NCBI RefSeq assembly: GCF_963921235.1
Contig: NC_086097.1
Location: 100,380,001-100,444,000, forward strand
Source: Mobula hypostoma
Taxonomy: Eukaryota
Length of the DNA stretch: 64,000 nt
Reading direction: 5' to 3'
Part shown: in pieces, positions 24,101-39,100 of the stretch
Position numbering within the stretch: position 1 is the stretch's first letter
Layout of the letters: the number at the start of each line of letters is the position of its first letter
Program-made: the position numbers and the translations under genes
Notes under the pieces: generated by a model
Told to the model about the DNA's origin: nothing
Database searches by the model: none
Seen by the model: only the letters and a program-made list of their open reading frames with translations

Positions 24101-27100
24101 GAACAGTCGATGTTCCAAGCCTACACTGGTGCCCATCCCCCACTTTTCCTATGCTACATCGGCACGTGCATTGGTGCTGATTCCTGCACCCATGCAGAGC
24201 TCGTCAACTTCATCAACTTCACCTCCAACTACCTGGTCCATTTCTGACACCTCCCTCCCCTTTCTCTATCTCTAGAGACAGCTTATCCACTGATGTCTAT
24301 TATAAACCCACGGACTCTCACAGCTACCTGGACCATACCTCTTCACTCATTTCCTTCATCTCCGCCGCACCCGCTCTCAGGATGAGACTTTTCATTCTAG
24401 AATGAAGGAGATGTCCTCCTTTTTCAAAGAAAGGGGCTTCCCTTTATCCACCATCAACGCTGCCCTCAACCACATCTCTTCCATTTCACGCACGTCTGCT
24501 CTCACCCAATCCTCTTACCACCCTACCAGGGATAGGGTTCCTCTCATCCTCACTTTCCAGCCTACCAGCCTCAGCGTGTCCAGCACATAATTCTCCCTAA
24601 CTTCCACCACCTCCAAAGGAACCCCACCACCAAGGACATCTTTCCCTCCCCACCCACAGAGATTGCTCCTTACTAAACTCCCTTGTCCATTCGTCCCTCC
24701 CCGCTGATCTTCCTCGTGGCACTTATCCTTGCAAGCAGAACAAGTGCAACATCTGTCCCTACAATGTTCCCAGAAACTCCAGTCATTGCTGCTCTGTCAT
24801 CATCCCAGATGGTGTCCTCTTCCCATCAACTTTGGCCAGATCCTCTCTTATGCCTTTGTATTTCCTTTTACTCAATGCAATACCAATATAACTGACTGCA
24901 GGGTGAATTCTGTCATATTACGCTCACTGCCTCCTAAGGATTCCGTTATCTTCGGCGTTATTAGGAATGATGCATTTGCAGAACAGCTAAGTGGGAAATG
25001 TCCATGCCTGCCAACCACAAGGACAACTGGACCAGGAGGCTGGATCCTGGGGAACTCAGGGGTTCCCCAGACACACGGGGCTTCCCCATCGCCAACACTG
25101 CATCACCACTAGTTCGCAGGCTGAAATATTGTGGTCTGTTGCCGCTGCTTTACCCTGAATCAATGGAACACAGCAATGCCACCGAGCCAACGCTCCATAC
25201 AACCGTCAGGCACAAGTCCCGCTGTCACCAGACTTCTGAATGGACGAGGTGAGCTCTCGACCTCACAAGCTAAATTATGATTCTGAACTTCATCATTTAC
25301 CTCAACTCCACTCTTTTGGTAGCCTTTCTCTTTATCTGCATTGCTATTGTTTTACCAGCTCAAAGCATTGCGTGATAATTTGATCTGTACGAACAGTGTG
25401 CAAATCAAGCTCCACAATGCATCTTGGTACGTGTGACAATAATGAAACAACAGCAACATACTAAACCTCAGAACCAGCCAGCTCTGTCTCTATCGGCTCC
25501 ACATTGACTTGCTCTCTCTCTGTCCACTCACAGGCAGTTGCAATGAGCCTGACACGCTCACAGGTCCCGTGCCCACTTCTGTGTCTGGCATGTCCTGCCC
25601 CACTGTTGGAACTGCTGTAAGCCAGTGGAGACGCGGCCCTTGCCTTTGCCGCTACTCGTGCTGAATCTCACACTGCATGTTCGGCTCGGCCCGGCCATCC
25701 ACTCACCTCTGCGTGGCCGCCTGGGTTCAGAGTCTTGTTGCAGCGCTCACACCGCAGACAGGGGCGGTGCCAGTCCTTTCCAAGCGATGTCACCTTCTCG
25801 GCTGTGGACAGCAACAAAAAGCAGCAGTTTTACACAACCAATCTCTTCCACCTACAACCACATCCCCACGCCGAGGCAGGCAGTTGAATCTGCCAGTTGA
25901 AGGACCAAAGTTGTGAGTGTGCCCTTAGTAGCACAGGCTCTGGGGAGAGCGGACTGCATCCCCGAGCTGGGCTCTCCACACTCCTGCCAAGTCCTGCCCT
26001 CAGCTGGACAACCTTGAAGTTGAACAGATGCTCACACAGTACGATGGACTCACCAAAGTAGACCTTCTTCTCACACCTCGGACAGATGTTGGGCTCCCCG
26101 GCAAACGTGGTCATGCTCGAGGCTGAGGATTGTAGGAGAAGGCTAGTCAGTCTCACCATCAGCTGAACTCACTACCTGCAATTTCAATGCTGCACAGGCT
26201 TTGTACCCTTGAAGTAGGAAAAGGTCCCTGATCTCTGCACTGCCAAAGGATGTTTGGCACTGAGGACTAAGCAGGCAAATGCCATCAGAGAGGAAGGGCT
26301 TCTGGCAACTGGAAAGGAGAGTGAAGAATGTGCTCAAAGTAAATTTATTATCAAACTACATATGCCACCATATATAACCCAGAGATTCGTTTCCTCGTGG
26401 GCAAACTCAGTAAATCCAATAACCATAATAGAATCAATGAAAGACCACATACAATAGAGAGGACTAGTGTGCAAAAGACAACAAAAGAAAAATAATAATA
26501 AATAAATAAGCAATAAATATCAAGGATATACTCACATTCAAGACTCTTCATCTCATGTTCTCAATATGTATTGCTTATTTATTTATATTATTATTATTGT
26601 TTTGGTGCCTTGTTGGTGTGGTCTCTCATTGGACTTATTGAGTATGCCTGCAAAAAAATCTCGGGGTCGTACACGGTGACATACGTGAATTTTAAAATTT
26701 GAACTTTGAAGAGTTCTTGACAGAGAGTCCATGGGTTGTGGGAACAGTTCAGTGATGGGGTAAATAGAGTTGAGTGAAGTTATCCCCTCCGTTTCAGGAG
26801 CCTGATGGTTGACGCATCATAACTGTTCCTGAACCTGGTGGTGTGAGTCCTGAGGCTCCTGTACCTTCTTCCTGATGATATCAGCAAGAGGAGAGCATGA
26901 CCTGGGTGCTGGAAGTCCCTGATGATGGATGCTGTTTTCTTGCAACAGCTCTCCGTGTAGATGTGCTCAATGGCGGGGAGTGCTTTCCCATGATGGACTG
27001 GGCCGTGTCAACTACTTTCGGTAGCATTTTCTATTCAAGGGCATTGGTGTTTCCATACCAGGCCATGATGTAACCAGTCAATATATTTTTCACCACACAT

Positions 27101-30100
27101 CTATATAATTTTCTTGAAATTTCAGATGACGCGCCCAATCTTTGCAAACTTCGAAGGAAGTAGAGGCACTGTCATGTTTTCGTCATAATTACACTTAAGT
27201 GCTGAGTCCAGGTCAGCTGTTCTGAAATGATAACGCTGAGGAACTTAAAATTGCTGAGCCTCTCCAGAGCATTCCAGCCCTGTTGTATTTCCTTGCAACA
27301 CCATAGGAACGTGGGCCAAGGCTAAGGAAATTAACTGTGACTGCACTGACCCTTACCAATTTTTGCAGCTACACAATAGAACGCAACCTACCCGGATACA
27401 TCACGGCTTGGTATGGCAACTATTCTACCTGAGACTGCAGGAAACTGCAGAGAATTGTGGACGTGGCTCAGCACATCTCCCCTCCATGGACTCTTGTCTA
27501 TACTTCCCGCTGCCTCAGGAAAGCAGCCAGCAAAAACCCTCCCACCCCAGTCCTTCTCTCTTCTCTACCATCCCACTGAGCTGAAGCTGGAAAACATGCA
27601 CCATCAGATTCAAGGACCGCTTCTATCCTGCTGTTGAACAGCGTCCTTGTACAATAAATGACCTCACAATCTACATCGTCACGGACCCCGGTACCTTATT
27701 GTCTATCTGCAGTGCACATCCCCTGTAAAGGTACTGCTATATTCTGCAATCTGTTATTGCTTTTCCGTTTGTGTTACCTTGATGTACTAATGTTTGTAAA
27801 TGATCTATATGGATGGCTGGCAAGGCAGAGGTATCTCAGTACACTGACAATAACAAACCAATTACTAATTCAACAGGCACGTGTGAACTGGTGTACTTAG
27901 GAATTTAAAACAGGGCACTGCTTGCAGTGTCCACCTGTGATGTGGTTACACAGAGACCCAGGGCTACAAGTACATAGGCAGACAAGATGGTGTGGTGGAG
28001 ACCACTTGTCTTCATTGGTCATGGCACTGAGTACAAGAGATGACAGGGCTGCACAAAATATTGTTGAGACTGCACTTGGAATATAGTGTACAGTTCCCAC
28101 TGTCATCACAAGATTACAAGACAAAGGAGCAGAAGCAGGCCATTCGGCCCATCGAGTCTGCTCTGCCATTCCACCATGAGCTAAACTATTCTCCCATCTA
28201 GTTCCAATTTCCGGCTTTTTCCCCATATCCCTCGATACCCTGACTAATTAGATACCTATCAATCTGCTCCTTAAACACCCTCAACGATGGGGCCTCCACA
28301 GCTGTATGTGGCAACGAATTCCATAGATCCACGACCCTCTGGCTAAAAAAATTTCTCCTCATCTGTTTTAAATGGGTACCCTCTAATTCTAAGACTGTGG
28401 CCTCTTGTCCTGGACTCACCCACCAAGGGAAACAGCCTTTCCACATCTACTCTGTCCAACCCTTTCAACTTTCGAAATGTTCCTATGAGATCCCCTCTCA
28501 TTCTTCTATACTCTAATGAATACAGTCCAAGAGTTGACAAACGCTCCTCATATGTTAGCCCCTGCATTCCAGGAATCATCCTCGTAAATCTTCTCTGAAC
28601 TCTCTCCAACATCAGTACATTCCTTCTAAGATAGGGGGCCCAAAACTGCACACAGTATTCCAAATGAGGTCTCACTAATGCCCCATAGAGCCTCATCAAC
28701 ACCTCTTTACTCTTACACACTATTCCTCTTGAAATGAATGCCAACATAGTCATATTGTAATACAGATAGAAAGACACCGTAGGAAGGTTGTGATTAAGCT
28801 GCAGAGGGTGCAGAAAAGATTGACAAGGATGTTGCTGGGACTGGGGGGCTCAAGTGAAAAGCAATGTACATATGATAAATAAATCTAAATCTCCATCTGA
28901 AATTAGACCCCCCCCCCAGCAGAATGAAAACGTGAACAGGCTCCACCACATTACTGGCGACGAGCAGCATGGAGCTGGACCACTCTACCTTTGCTGGGGC
29001 CCCGGACGGGAGCTGCAGTCTTCTTTACGGCTGCTGTGGGCGCTGAACCCTCGGGGGCCGGGGCTGGCTGCGTGCCTGATGACGGAGGGGGCTGGTCATA
29101 GATGTAGGAACCAAAACCGCCAATGTTGACACCTGTGAACAGGAAAGAGCAAATGCAGGTACAACTAATGGGGTTACAGCAGTCTGATTGGCACTCTGTT
29201 CCTGAACCCAGGGAGTGCCGATGGGGCGAGCAGGGGAGCGAGACGGGTTGCATTACCAGGGAAGGTAAGGAACAGCTCTGTGATCCCCACAGATCGGGAG
29301 TGTCCTGACTGGGGACCTAATCTGCAGGAGCGGGAGAGCTACAAACAACTGGAAGCAGCTCTACACGCAGGGAATACTAAGGAATGAGGTCTGGTAGCAC
29401 CCCTCCACCAGGGCAGGAGGGCATTCCACTTTCACTAGCTTGGGATATTGGGGTGCATTATGCACATCCCCATCCACATACATCCAATGAATTAGGATCT
29501 GGGAGACAGTCGGGCATGGGACGGGGGAGAAGGGCGAGGCAGACCCGAGGTGTCACTGGAATGGTTTTCTTCACGTCTCTGATCCTCACTCTCCAGTACT
29601 GGGGATCCCCAGGAAGCTCACCGCACCCGGAGACGGGCTGTCCACACTCACCCTTCGGTCCAAACAAGGTGGCGTAGCACGGCTTGTGGCAGTAAGGCTT
29701 GTCATCATGCTGTGAGGGTAAGGACACAGGCAGTGTGAGTAGCTCGTAACCCCACCCAGAGCACGCCCTCCCTTCCCATCACCAGTCCTCTCCCTCTGCT
29801 CACCCCAACACCTCTCCGGCCACTCGGTTCTGACAGCTGTTGGTTTCACCCAGAACCTTCTAGATTGTCCTTCTTCCTCTCCTCCCAGCTTTTTACTCTG
29901 GCACCTTCCCACTTCCTTTCCGGTCCCGAAGGAGGGTCTCGGCTGTAGTTAAGGCTGTTTACTCATCTCCATAGATGTTGCCTGACCTGCTGAGTTGCTC
30001 CAGTATTTGTGTGTGCATCAGAGTGACAGAGTGCTACACAGCAGCCAAAACCAAGAAAAGATGCTGAGCACCGTCGTACAAAGCTTCCCTGTGAAGACCC

Positions 30101-33100
30101 GCTAAGGGGGTCAGCAGCAGAGAGCAAGGGGGAGGTGACCTTTTGCAAAAAGTGCGTAACGTGAACATACTGCCCAGTGCCAGAGCCCACACATCATCTG
30201 ACATCGAGTTTCCTAAAGAAAGGGATGCAGAGCATAGGACAGCACTGTAGCAGGTAGAGCCATTGCCTTACAGGCCGTGACCCTCAGTTTGATAATGGTC
30301 TCTGTTACTATTTTTGTTGAGTCTGTACCTACTCAGTGAATACTGGGGTATTCTCCAGGTGCTCCAGTACCCGCTGCCCCCCCGCCCCCCACCACCACCG
30401 CCACATCCCAAAGAAGTCAGCATAGGTGGGTTAATTGGCTGTGGCTGGGTGAATGGTAGAAATGAGGGGAATGTAGACGGGATCAGTGCAGGATATGTGT
30501 CAATGGGGTCAGGCTGTGTCTCTGTTAATGATAGACTGTTTGAACAAAATGGAATGTCTCTTTGGGTGTATGGAAGTCTCCGCACAAACACCAACCTTGC
30601 CTTTCTTTCAGAGAGGTGGGTGATGCTAGGCTTGGGAAGCAGCTGCTGCCCACCCTGAATCCACAGCCGGCTGGGCCTGACAGGAGTATTTACCACATGG
30701 AGGTGTCCACAACCCACGTGTTAGAGAGAAGCAGTGCATAGGACCGGCTGCTGCCTCACACCACCAGAGACACGAGTTCAATCCTGACCTCTGGTGCTGA
30801 CTTTGTGCAGATTGTACGTTCTCCTGTGGCCACACAGTCTCCCCTCGCACCCCGCCCCCCGCACACAGTCCAACAGTACAACAATACGCAGTTCAGTAGG
30901 TTAACCAACTGCTGAAATTGCCTCTAATGTGCAAGTAGATGGCAAAATCTGGCCAGGGATGTTAGACAGGAATTGCTGAATCGTGAGAGAGAACAGGTGA
31001 CAGAAGAGTAAGTGGGAAAATGAGGTCTATGGGGGTGCATTGAGAGCCAGTATTCTTGATGGGCTGAATGGCCTCAGGTGCTGGGAGAACACAAATGTGT
31101 GTGACATGTGCCTGGGGGTGCAGTGAGGGCAACATCTTTTTGCCTGTTATGTTGCTGGTGTTTAGGGCAGCACTGGAGGCACTGGAGGTCCTCCACGTGC
31201 AGTGAGGGGAGGCACTCCTTCCTCCAGGCTTCCTGTAGAAGGATACTCACCGAAGCGTGACTGCCTGGTGACAGGATCTTGTTGCAGCGCTCACACTTCA
31301 GGCAGAACTTGTGCCAGTCCCTGCCCAGCGAGGTCACCTTCTCAGCTGCAAGAGGAATGCCAGTCAGTTAGGGGCCTCTCTTACCTCAAAATTAAACAAA
31401 CTGAAAGTACTGTACAACTCAGCACCTCTCCAGGCAAGGTCATGGAGTACAAGAATTGGGATGTCGTATTATACCTGGGCAAGTCGGTGATGAGACCACA
31501 CTAGGAGTATCGTGTCCTGTTCCGGTCACCCAGCTATAGGAAGGATGTCATTAAGCTGGAAAGGGTGCTGCGGAGGATATCACTGCCACTGGAGGGCCAG
31601 AGTTCTGAAGTGAAGCTGTAAAGATTATGATCGTTTTCCCTGGAGCAAAGGTGGCTGAGGGGTGACCTTAGAGAGATTTATAAAATCAGAGGGGGTTGGG
31701 GGGGTCCATATGGACACAATCTTTTCCATGGGTAAAGTCATCTAAAACTAGAGGATGTAGACCAAGACAAGAGGGGAAAATTTTACAAGTGAGCTGAGGG
31801 TCATTTTTCCAGAGGAGTGTGTAGAGATAGGTACGTTACAATGTTTAAAAGCCATTTTAACAGGCTGAAATGTACTGTGGATAGGAAATGGGCCAAACTC
31901 AGGCAAATGAGGCTAGATCAGAGAGCCTGGTCAGCATGAGTGAGATGGGCTGAAGGGCCTGTTCCTGCACTGCATGACTCTATACTCATTGCATCATCAA
32001 CACAACACATACCCTGACAACGCATCAATGCCACCTGTGTCCCCTCTCTAAACAACATACTCATCAGGTCTTTGAGAGGCTGTTACTCAGGATCCAGCCC
32101 CTCAGTGCCCGGTGTGCCCCTTCCCTGCAGAGCCTCTGTACAGTCCTGTACCCTGAGGGATGTGCCTGTCAGGCAACATTCCCTTAGGTCGGCAGCTCTC
32201 AGATACGCCACGATACCTCGAAGACCTGCCGGCAGCAGTTGATGCTTATCTCAGCATGCATTACCTGGGAAGAGTCCACAGAGAATTTGTCAGCTGCTCA
32301 GGGTGAGCCTGATCCAGGGCCTACCTGTGCACATGAGTTAGAGGCTACCCTGCACGTCGAAAGATATTTTATAACTACCTCAGTCTACTCCTCCTCTCAA
32401 TGTACATCAAAGCCAACTATTCCCATTTTAAAACATCCATGTTTTCTCCTTTTAAAACACCCACTGCCTTTAAGCACACTACTGCCTCCAACAGGAGTGG
32501 CGAAGGAAGAACCCCTCTCCCTGGTACCTTGACTCAACAGGCTGGCCAAGATGTTGCCCGCAAAACTGCATGAAAGGTCTGGGCTTACTGCTGACACCCT
32601 GACTTGGTACTTGACAATGTACTGTGTACTCTGGCTCAGGCACAGCAAGATCTCACCACCGCACATGATCAGAGGTATTTATAGTACAGGCCTTTCAGCC
32701 CATTCTGTCTGTGCCAGCATGAAACCATTTCTGCTCATCTTACTTCCCAGACCTCAATCTCTAGTCCTGCGTTCTAAACCCTTTCAAGACACTTCCCATT
32801 TATTCTGTTCCTGTTTCTTATCAAATCCTCCAGTCTCTGCACCGTTTACATCAGAACATACGAAATAGGAGCAGAAGCCAGCGATTTGGCCCATCGAACC
32901 TGCTCCACCATTCAATCTGATTTGGCCGTGGACTCAGCTCCATCTGCCTGCCTTTTCCCCATAACCCTCAATTCCCCCCCATGCAAAAATCTCTCTAACT
33001 ATCTTAAATATACTTAATGAGGTAGCCTCTATTGCTTCCTTAGGCAGAGAATCCCTCGGATAAATGACTCTCTGGGAAAAGCATCTCATCTTCATCCTAA

Positions 33101-36100
33101 ACCTACTCCCTCCAATCTTGAAGCTAGGTCCCCTAGTTTTAGTCTCCCTTACCAGTGGAAACAACTTTCCTGCCACTATGGGATCTATCAGTTTCATGAT
33201 TTTATGTGTTTCTGTAAGATCCCCTCTCATTCTTCTGAATTCCAGAAGTACTATCTCAGGCAATTCAATCTCTCCTTAGTTTAACCCCCTCATCTTTCCT
33301 CAGAGTATATCTTTCCTCAGGTGAGGAGATCAGAGCTGAGCACAAAACCGCAGGTGTGGCCTCACCAGTACCCTGTACAGTTGCAGCATAACCTCCCTGC
33401 TCTTAAATTCAATGATTCTAGCAATGAAGGACAACATTTCATCTGCCTCCTTGATAACCTGTTACACCTGTAAACCAATGTTCTGAATTCATGCACAAAC
33501 ACCCCCAAGTTAGTTATCTGTGGGTCATAGCAACAACTGTGATGTCACCAAGTGTATGTCCATTGAGTGAACTTCCTTTCCATCCCATTGGGATAAAGGG
33601 AGCTCTTTCTCCACCACCTACCGATGAAGAACCACAGCCCAAACGATCCACATGAACTACGGGGAGTTTGTGCTTTCAGAGTTCTTGGAGCTTGCTTATT
33701 TAGTTGGTTTGAAACATTTCTGTCTTTGATAAATGATTGATGCCTTTTTAGTTTGGGGCATACACCCCTGCTCTGACCAGTCGACGATGGAGAGACTGCC
33801 CGAGAAGGTCACTCTCTGAATGTCTCTGAGAGGGCAGGACTTGTTTCTTTTCATTCATTTTCTGGGAGGTGGGTGTTTCTGACACTGTTCACAACCATCC
33901 CAAACTGCCCTACCAATCCAGGGTCCGCTGGGTGCGAGGGACTTGGAGTCACATACAGGCCAGCAAAGGACGGTAGATATCCTACCCTGAATGATGGTAG
34001 TGAGCCAGAAGGGTTTGGCACTGGTCTGGCAGTCTTAGACCCACTGCTACTAATTCATATCTAGCTCTGCCTGTTTTTGTTTACAATTTCTAACACCTGT
34101 GTGTCCAAAAATCACTTGTACTTTTAAACAGAGCATTTTGAGAGCTCAGAAATTACTTCACAGAAGATTTTGTTTTAAAAGTCATGCATTTCAGATGTGG
34201 TCACCATATCAGCACAGGCCACATGGCTGCCAGAGGGCACAGAAAGATCCCAATTACACATCGGATCAGAGATGTTTACGGTGCAGGAGGCAGCCTTTTG
34301 GTAGCCAAAGAACATTTCTGTCACTCCCATTTACCAGTTTTCAGTTCCTAGCCCTACAATTTAAGGCTCAAGGACTCAGTAATATTCTTCTTGAAAGTTG
34401 AGAGGGTCGCTGCCTTTCAGACAGTAGATTCCAGACCACTTCCCACCATCTCCCAAACCGCCCACTCCCCCAAACTATAATTCAATTCCTCTCTGACCTT
34501 TCACCACTTAATTTAAAACTGCCCCAGTTAACAAACAAGGGTAATCATTCTTCCCATGTGTGCTTTTTCAACATTTTCACCACCTGAATTCCAGCTCTCC
34601 TCTGTCTCTCTCACACCAGACAAGATGCCTCTGGTGAGGACAGCATCTCCTCGCAACCCAGTGCCCCCACCATGTCTTTCATGCCACAACCTTCCTGAAC
34701 AGTTGGTGCTTTTCTTCATCCTCTACTGCACAGCCAGCCTCAGTCACCAATGCTAACGTACACTCACACTCAATGCCAAACTCTGACAGTACTGACTCCT
34801 TCACTGAAACAGTCTCAGACCGACCTTAACATATCTGCAAGGCGAAGGTCCCACTGACCCTGCTCACCTGCATTAGGTCACCTGCCACCTCAGCACAGGA
34901 AGCTGTGATTGCGACAGAGAAGGTGCAAGGGAGATGTACAGCATGAGAATAGACATAGTAGTAGTAGTCACAGTCATACTTTATTAATCCCGGGGGAAAT
35001 TGGTTTTCGTTACAGTTGCACCATAAATAATAAATAGTAATAAAACCATAAATAGTTAAATAGTAATATGTAAATTATGCCAGGAAATAAGTCCAGGACC
35101 AGCCTATTGGCTCAGGGTGTCTGACCGTCCAAGGGAGGAGTTGTAAAGTTTGATGTCCACAGGCAGGAATGACTTCCTATGATGCTCTGTGTTGCACCTG
35201 GGTGGAATGAGTCTCTGGCTGAATGTACTCCTGTGCCCAACCAGTCCATTATGTAGTGGATGGGAGACATTGTCCAAGATGGCATGCAACTTGGACAGCA
35301 TCCTCTTTTCAGACACCACCATCAGAGAGTCCAGTTCCATCCCCACAACATCACTGGCCTTACGAATGAGTTTGTTGATTCTGTTGGTGTCTGCTACCCT
35401 CAGCCTGCTGCCCCAGCACACAACAGCAAACATGATCGCACTGGCCACCACAGACTCGTAGAACATCCTCAGCATCATCCGGCAGATGTTAAAAGACCTC
35501 AGTCTCCTCAGGAAATAGAGACGGCTCTGACCCTTCTTGTAGACAGCCTCAGTGTTCTTTGACCAGTTCAGTTTATTGTCAATTCGTCTCCCCAGGTATT
35601 TGTAATCCTCCACCATGTCCACACTGACCCCCTGGATGGAAACAGGGGTCATCGGTACCTTAGCTCTCCTCAGGTCTACCACCAGCTCCTTAGTCTCTTT
35701 CCAATTAAGCTGCAGATAATTCTGCTCACACCAAGTGACAAAGTTTCCTACTGTAGCCCTGTACTCAGCCTCATCTCCCTTGCTGATGCATCCAACTATG
35801 GCGGAGTCATCAGAAAACCTCTGAAGATGACAAGACTCTGTGCAGTAGTTGAAGTCCGAGGTGTAAATGGTGAAGAGAAAGGGAGACAAGACAGTCCCCT
35901 GTGGAGCCCCAGCACTGCTGATCACTCTGTCGGACACACAGTGTTGCAAGCACACGTACTGTGGTCTGCCAGGGTGCCGGCTGGTACCTACAAGGAGAGA
36001 TTGGGTAGGGGTGGTTAGTGGTCTTCTCTTTAGAATCCAAGGGGCTGAGGGAGGCCTGATCGAGATGGTGAAGGACCCAAGCTGAGTAAATAGAAAGGTG

Positions 36101-39100
36101 AGAAACCGGGAGGCCCCATCATGTGTGTGCTCTTCACACACTGGGGAGGGCACCGCACAGACTGGGGCCCTGCAATAGGTCTGTCAATGGATCTGCCAAC
36201 AGCTTGTCGTCTCTGTGGGCTGGAAGGAGTGTGAGGCTGCTGCTCTACTTGGGGACTGCTTCTCACCTTCTGGCTGCACTTCAGCCCCACCCTCTTCATA
36301 CCTGACGGGGCAGAGTGGGAGGGGGATTGCTGGTCAATGTGCTTCTGGGGTTAGCCAAGTTAGCTATCCATGGGTCACAGGGACAGGCAGCTGTTAGTTA
36401 TTGCTGTAGTACTGTACTTATAATACACCTGCTAACTAGTAACTAAACTCTGAAACTAGTAGCAAACTTTCCTCATTAATGCTCATTTGGGTGGGGGAGG
36501 GTGTAGGTGGTCGTGTGTGTAAACAAGGCCAGAGACAGCAGAGACAACCAGAATACAGTCTGGGCGAGGAAATGCCCACCACTGCCAACTCAAATCCACG
36601 CACCAGCTGGATTTACAAAGGTTCCCCAAACCCAAACCCTTGTCCTTCCCTGAAAATGGCAACAAACTATTCAAACCCAAGGCGGCTGCAGAATGGCTTT
36701 GGAGACGAGGTGGATCAGTGAGCAACAATGGAGTTTGAGGGGCTGATCAACCACCCCCCCCCTCCCCAGGCCTGCTACACCAAGGGTGTTGGCAAGGTGG
36801 GATCTTACTGTGCTCACGATGACTGCGCCTCTCCTGCAACAGTAATGTCTGTGGGAGTCACACCTCGTGTGACTCAGTAACAGTCTCACCTCTAGATGTG
36901 TGCAGGAATGTGGGCGAAAGACAGACTGGAGAGGCCAGTCCGCAGAGTAAGCACATGTGACAACGTCTGACGGCCCCAGCCCTGACCCCCCTGTTAAACA
37001 TTTCACAGTAAAAGTGCTGGAGAAGACCAAAGAGTCCTATGTAGACAGGCAGGGAGGGAGGTTTCTCATGACGTGAAGGAGAGGACTATGATCCATCCTG
37101 AAATTCTTGCCCTGGTGTTGCCAGGAGGGAGAAGGGTGCAGTCAGTGCATTGGGAGTGTGGGCCTCCCACACCTAGATCATCGCCAACACTTTCCAAAGC
37201 CCAGAGGTTTACTCAGTAGAGTGCCAGGGGAAGGGATAGAGCTCAGAGACGTGTACCCAGGTCTGGATCCACAACTCAGTAACAAAATAATGTGCCTCAC
37301 TCTCCCAAATTTCTTTCCCATACAGAGGTGTACAGTGTGGGGAAGCTCAGATACAGGGGTCTGTCAGGTATCCTGGCCTTCACACCAACTTTTATTTAGA
37401 AACTAAACCTCACAACAGGATGTAGTCATTCATCATCTACAATAGTAGCAGACAAACAGAGGGAATAATGGAAGGAAATTGCTGAGGAAATCCGGAGCTT
37501 ACTGCCCCAACTCCAATGTCCCAAGGACGAACCCTCAGGAGGAATGACGTCCTGCTGCCTAGGTGCAGAGAGGAGGAGAGACACAGTGCTTCTCCTCGGG
37601 TTGACTCTGATTCTTCTTTCTGTTACTACAAATCTTCAGCCCCTGCTGTTCACCACCTCTGCGTCAATTAGATCTTCCCCGTGTGAAAATACAACCCTTC
37701 TCCTCCAGACTCGTCAATCTCTCCTCTCTGCTACTATTTTCCATTTCCACCAACATCAAGTCCTCCCTGCACCCTCTCTAGTACAATCACACATTTTTTA
37801 TGAAGTTTGAGCAGGAATCCACACAACAGGGGTCCAGCTGTGACTGGTATAATCTCACTGTCCCCCTACTGTATGCCTTGACTAATCCGGAAAGTACACC
37901 ATGCCATACCTCTGATATAAAGATGGACCCCTGATCTCCCAGTCTGCCTTGTCACAGTCCTTACACTTCAGTACTGCACTCTCACTAACTCGACCACTCT
38001 ATTCTGCATTGCTTCTCTTGTTAAATTCCACTTTCCATTTTCAGCCTGCCTGCAGCCTTTAAAAGCTTCCTCCCCACTGTCAGCTACACCGGATCTTCCA
38101 TCAATTCTATGAACACTGCAATCATTCCCCCTGCATTTGGTCTAAATCATTAACATTCACCATCAATCCAACAGACCAGATACTGAACCCTGTGAGACCC
38201 CACCGGTCATAAAAACACCCAGCACCCATCACTCTACTCCTGCCACCAAAACAGCTTTGGGTCCAACGTGTCACCCCATCTCCCACCCCCAGGATCCCCT
38301 ACCAGTTTACTTTTTTGATCTGACGTGCAGGGCTTTGGGAAAACCCACAGACTGCAGCAAACACTGCCTCACTAAACTCCCTGAGGCGGTAACAAGGTCA
38401 TCCCATCAGTCTGATAAACAAATCTGTTGTTGTTGAGTAACCTGTACAGTGAACGTTCACACTGTCCCTCTGAGCAGAGACCAAGTACTGACCCAACACA
38501 GGAGTGTACTTGCATTGATATCCCCTCCTCCCACAACACCAGCCCTGCTCCTCTCCTCTGGCCCCACTCCTGCAGCCAGAGAGGACTGAAACTGTAGTCA
38601 GTGCAAAGCCAAGTTCCCACTGTGCTTTGTTTCACACTCTAGGATACATTTCACTTGGCCTGGCCTTTTATCTACTCTGAAACACATGAAGCCCCTTTTA
38701 ATGCATCCACTTTACCACACTGAGTCCATCCAACACTTCCTTCTGAACTGCAACACCAGTGTGGTCCCACTCTCTAGTGAAAACAGCCACAAAGTCTGCA
38801 TTAAAAATCCCAACTCTTACATACAGGATAACTTTTCCTGATCCCAATGGGCCCTAACATTTCCCAATTATTCCTCTTGCTTTTGATATGCTTATAAAAC
38901 ACATTTGGATTTCCTTTGAGTGCACTTGCCGGTAATTTCTGAACATACTGTGCATCGTTGAAGAATCTGGCAGTGCTGAAGTAATGAAATGTAAGGCTCA
39001 GCCAGCCCTTTCAACTGCTGTTGTCCAGGTGCACACGGCAGCTGGCCGTGGCAGCTGCCATACAGTACTGAGATCACGAGCACGGCCTCACCCCACACCC

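Noticed and set aside
7478..31345. Two separate tandem CRIP1-like genes
   Set aside because: Exon 4 and exon 5 join LIM1 to LIM2 in frame with the CRIP2-type linker (GPSK-ASS.TTF.GEPN)
35104..36153. 349-aa ORF as a functional protein
   Set aside because: The N-terminal ~60 aa come from flanking sequence; the remainder is truncated Rex1 RT
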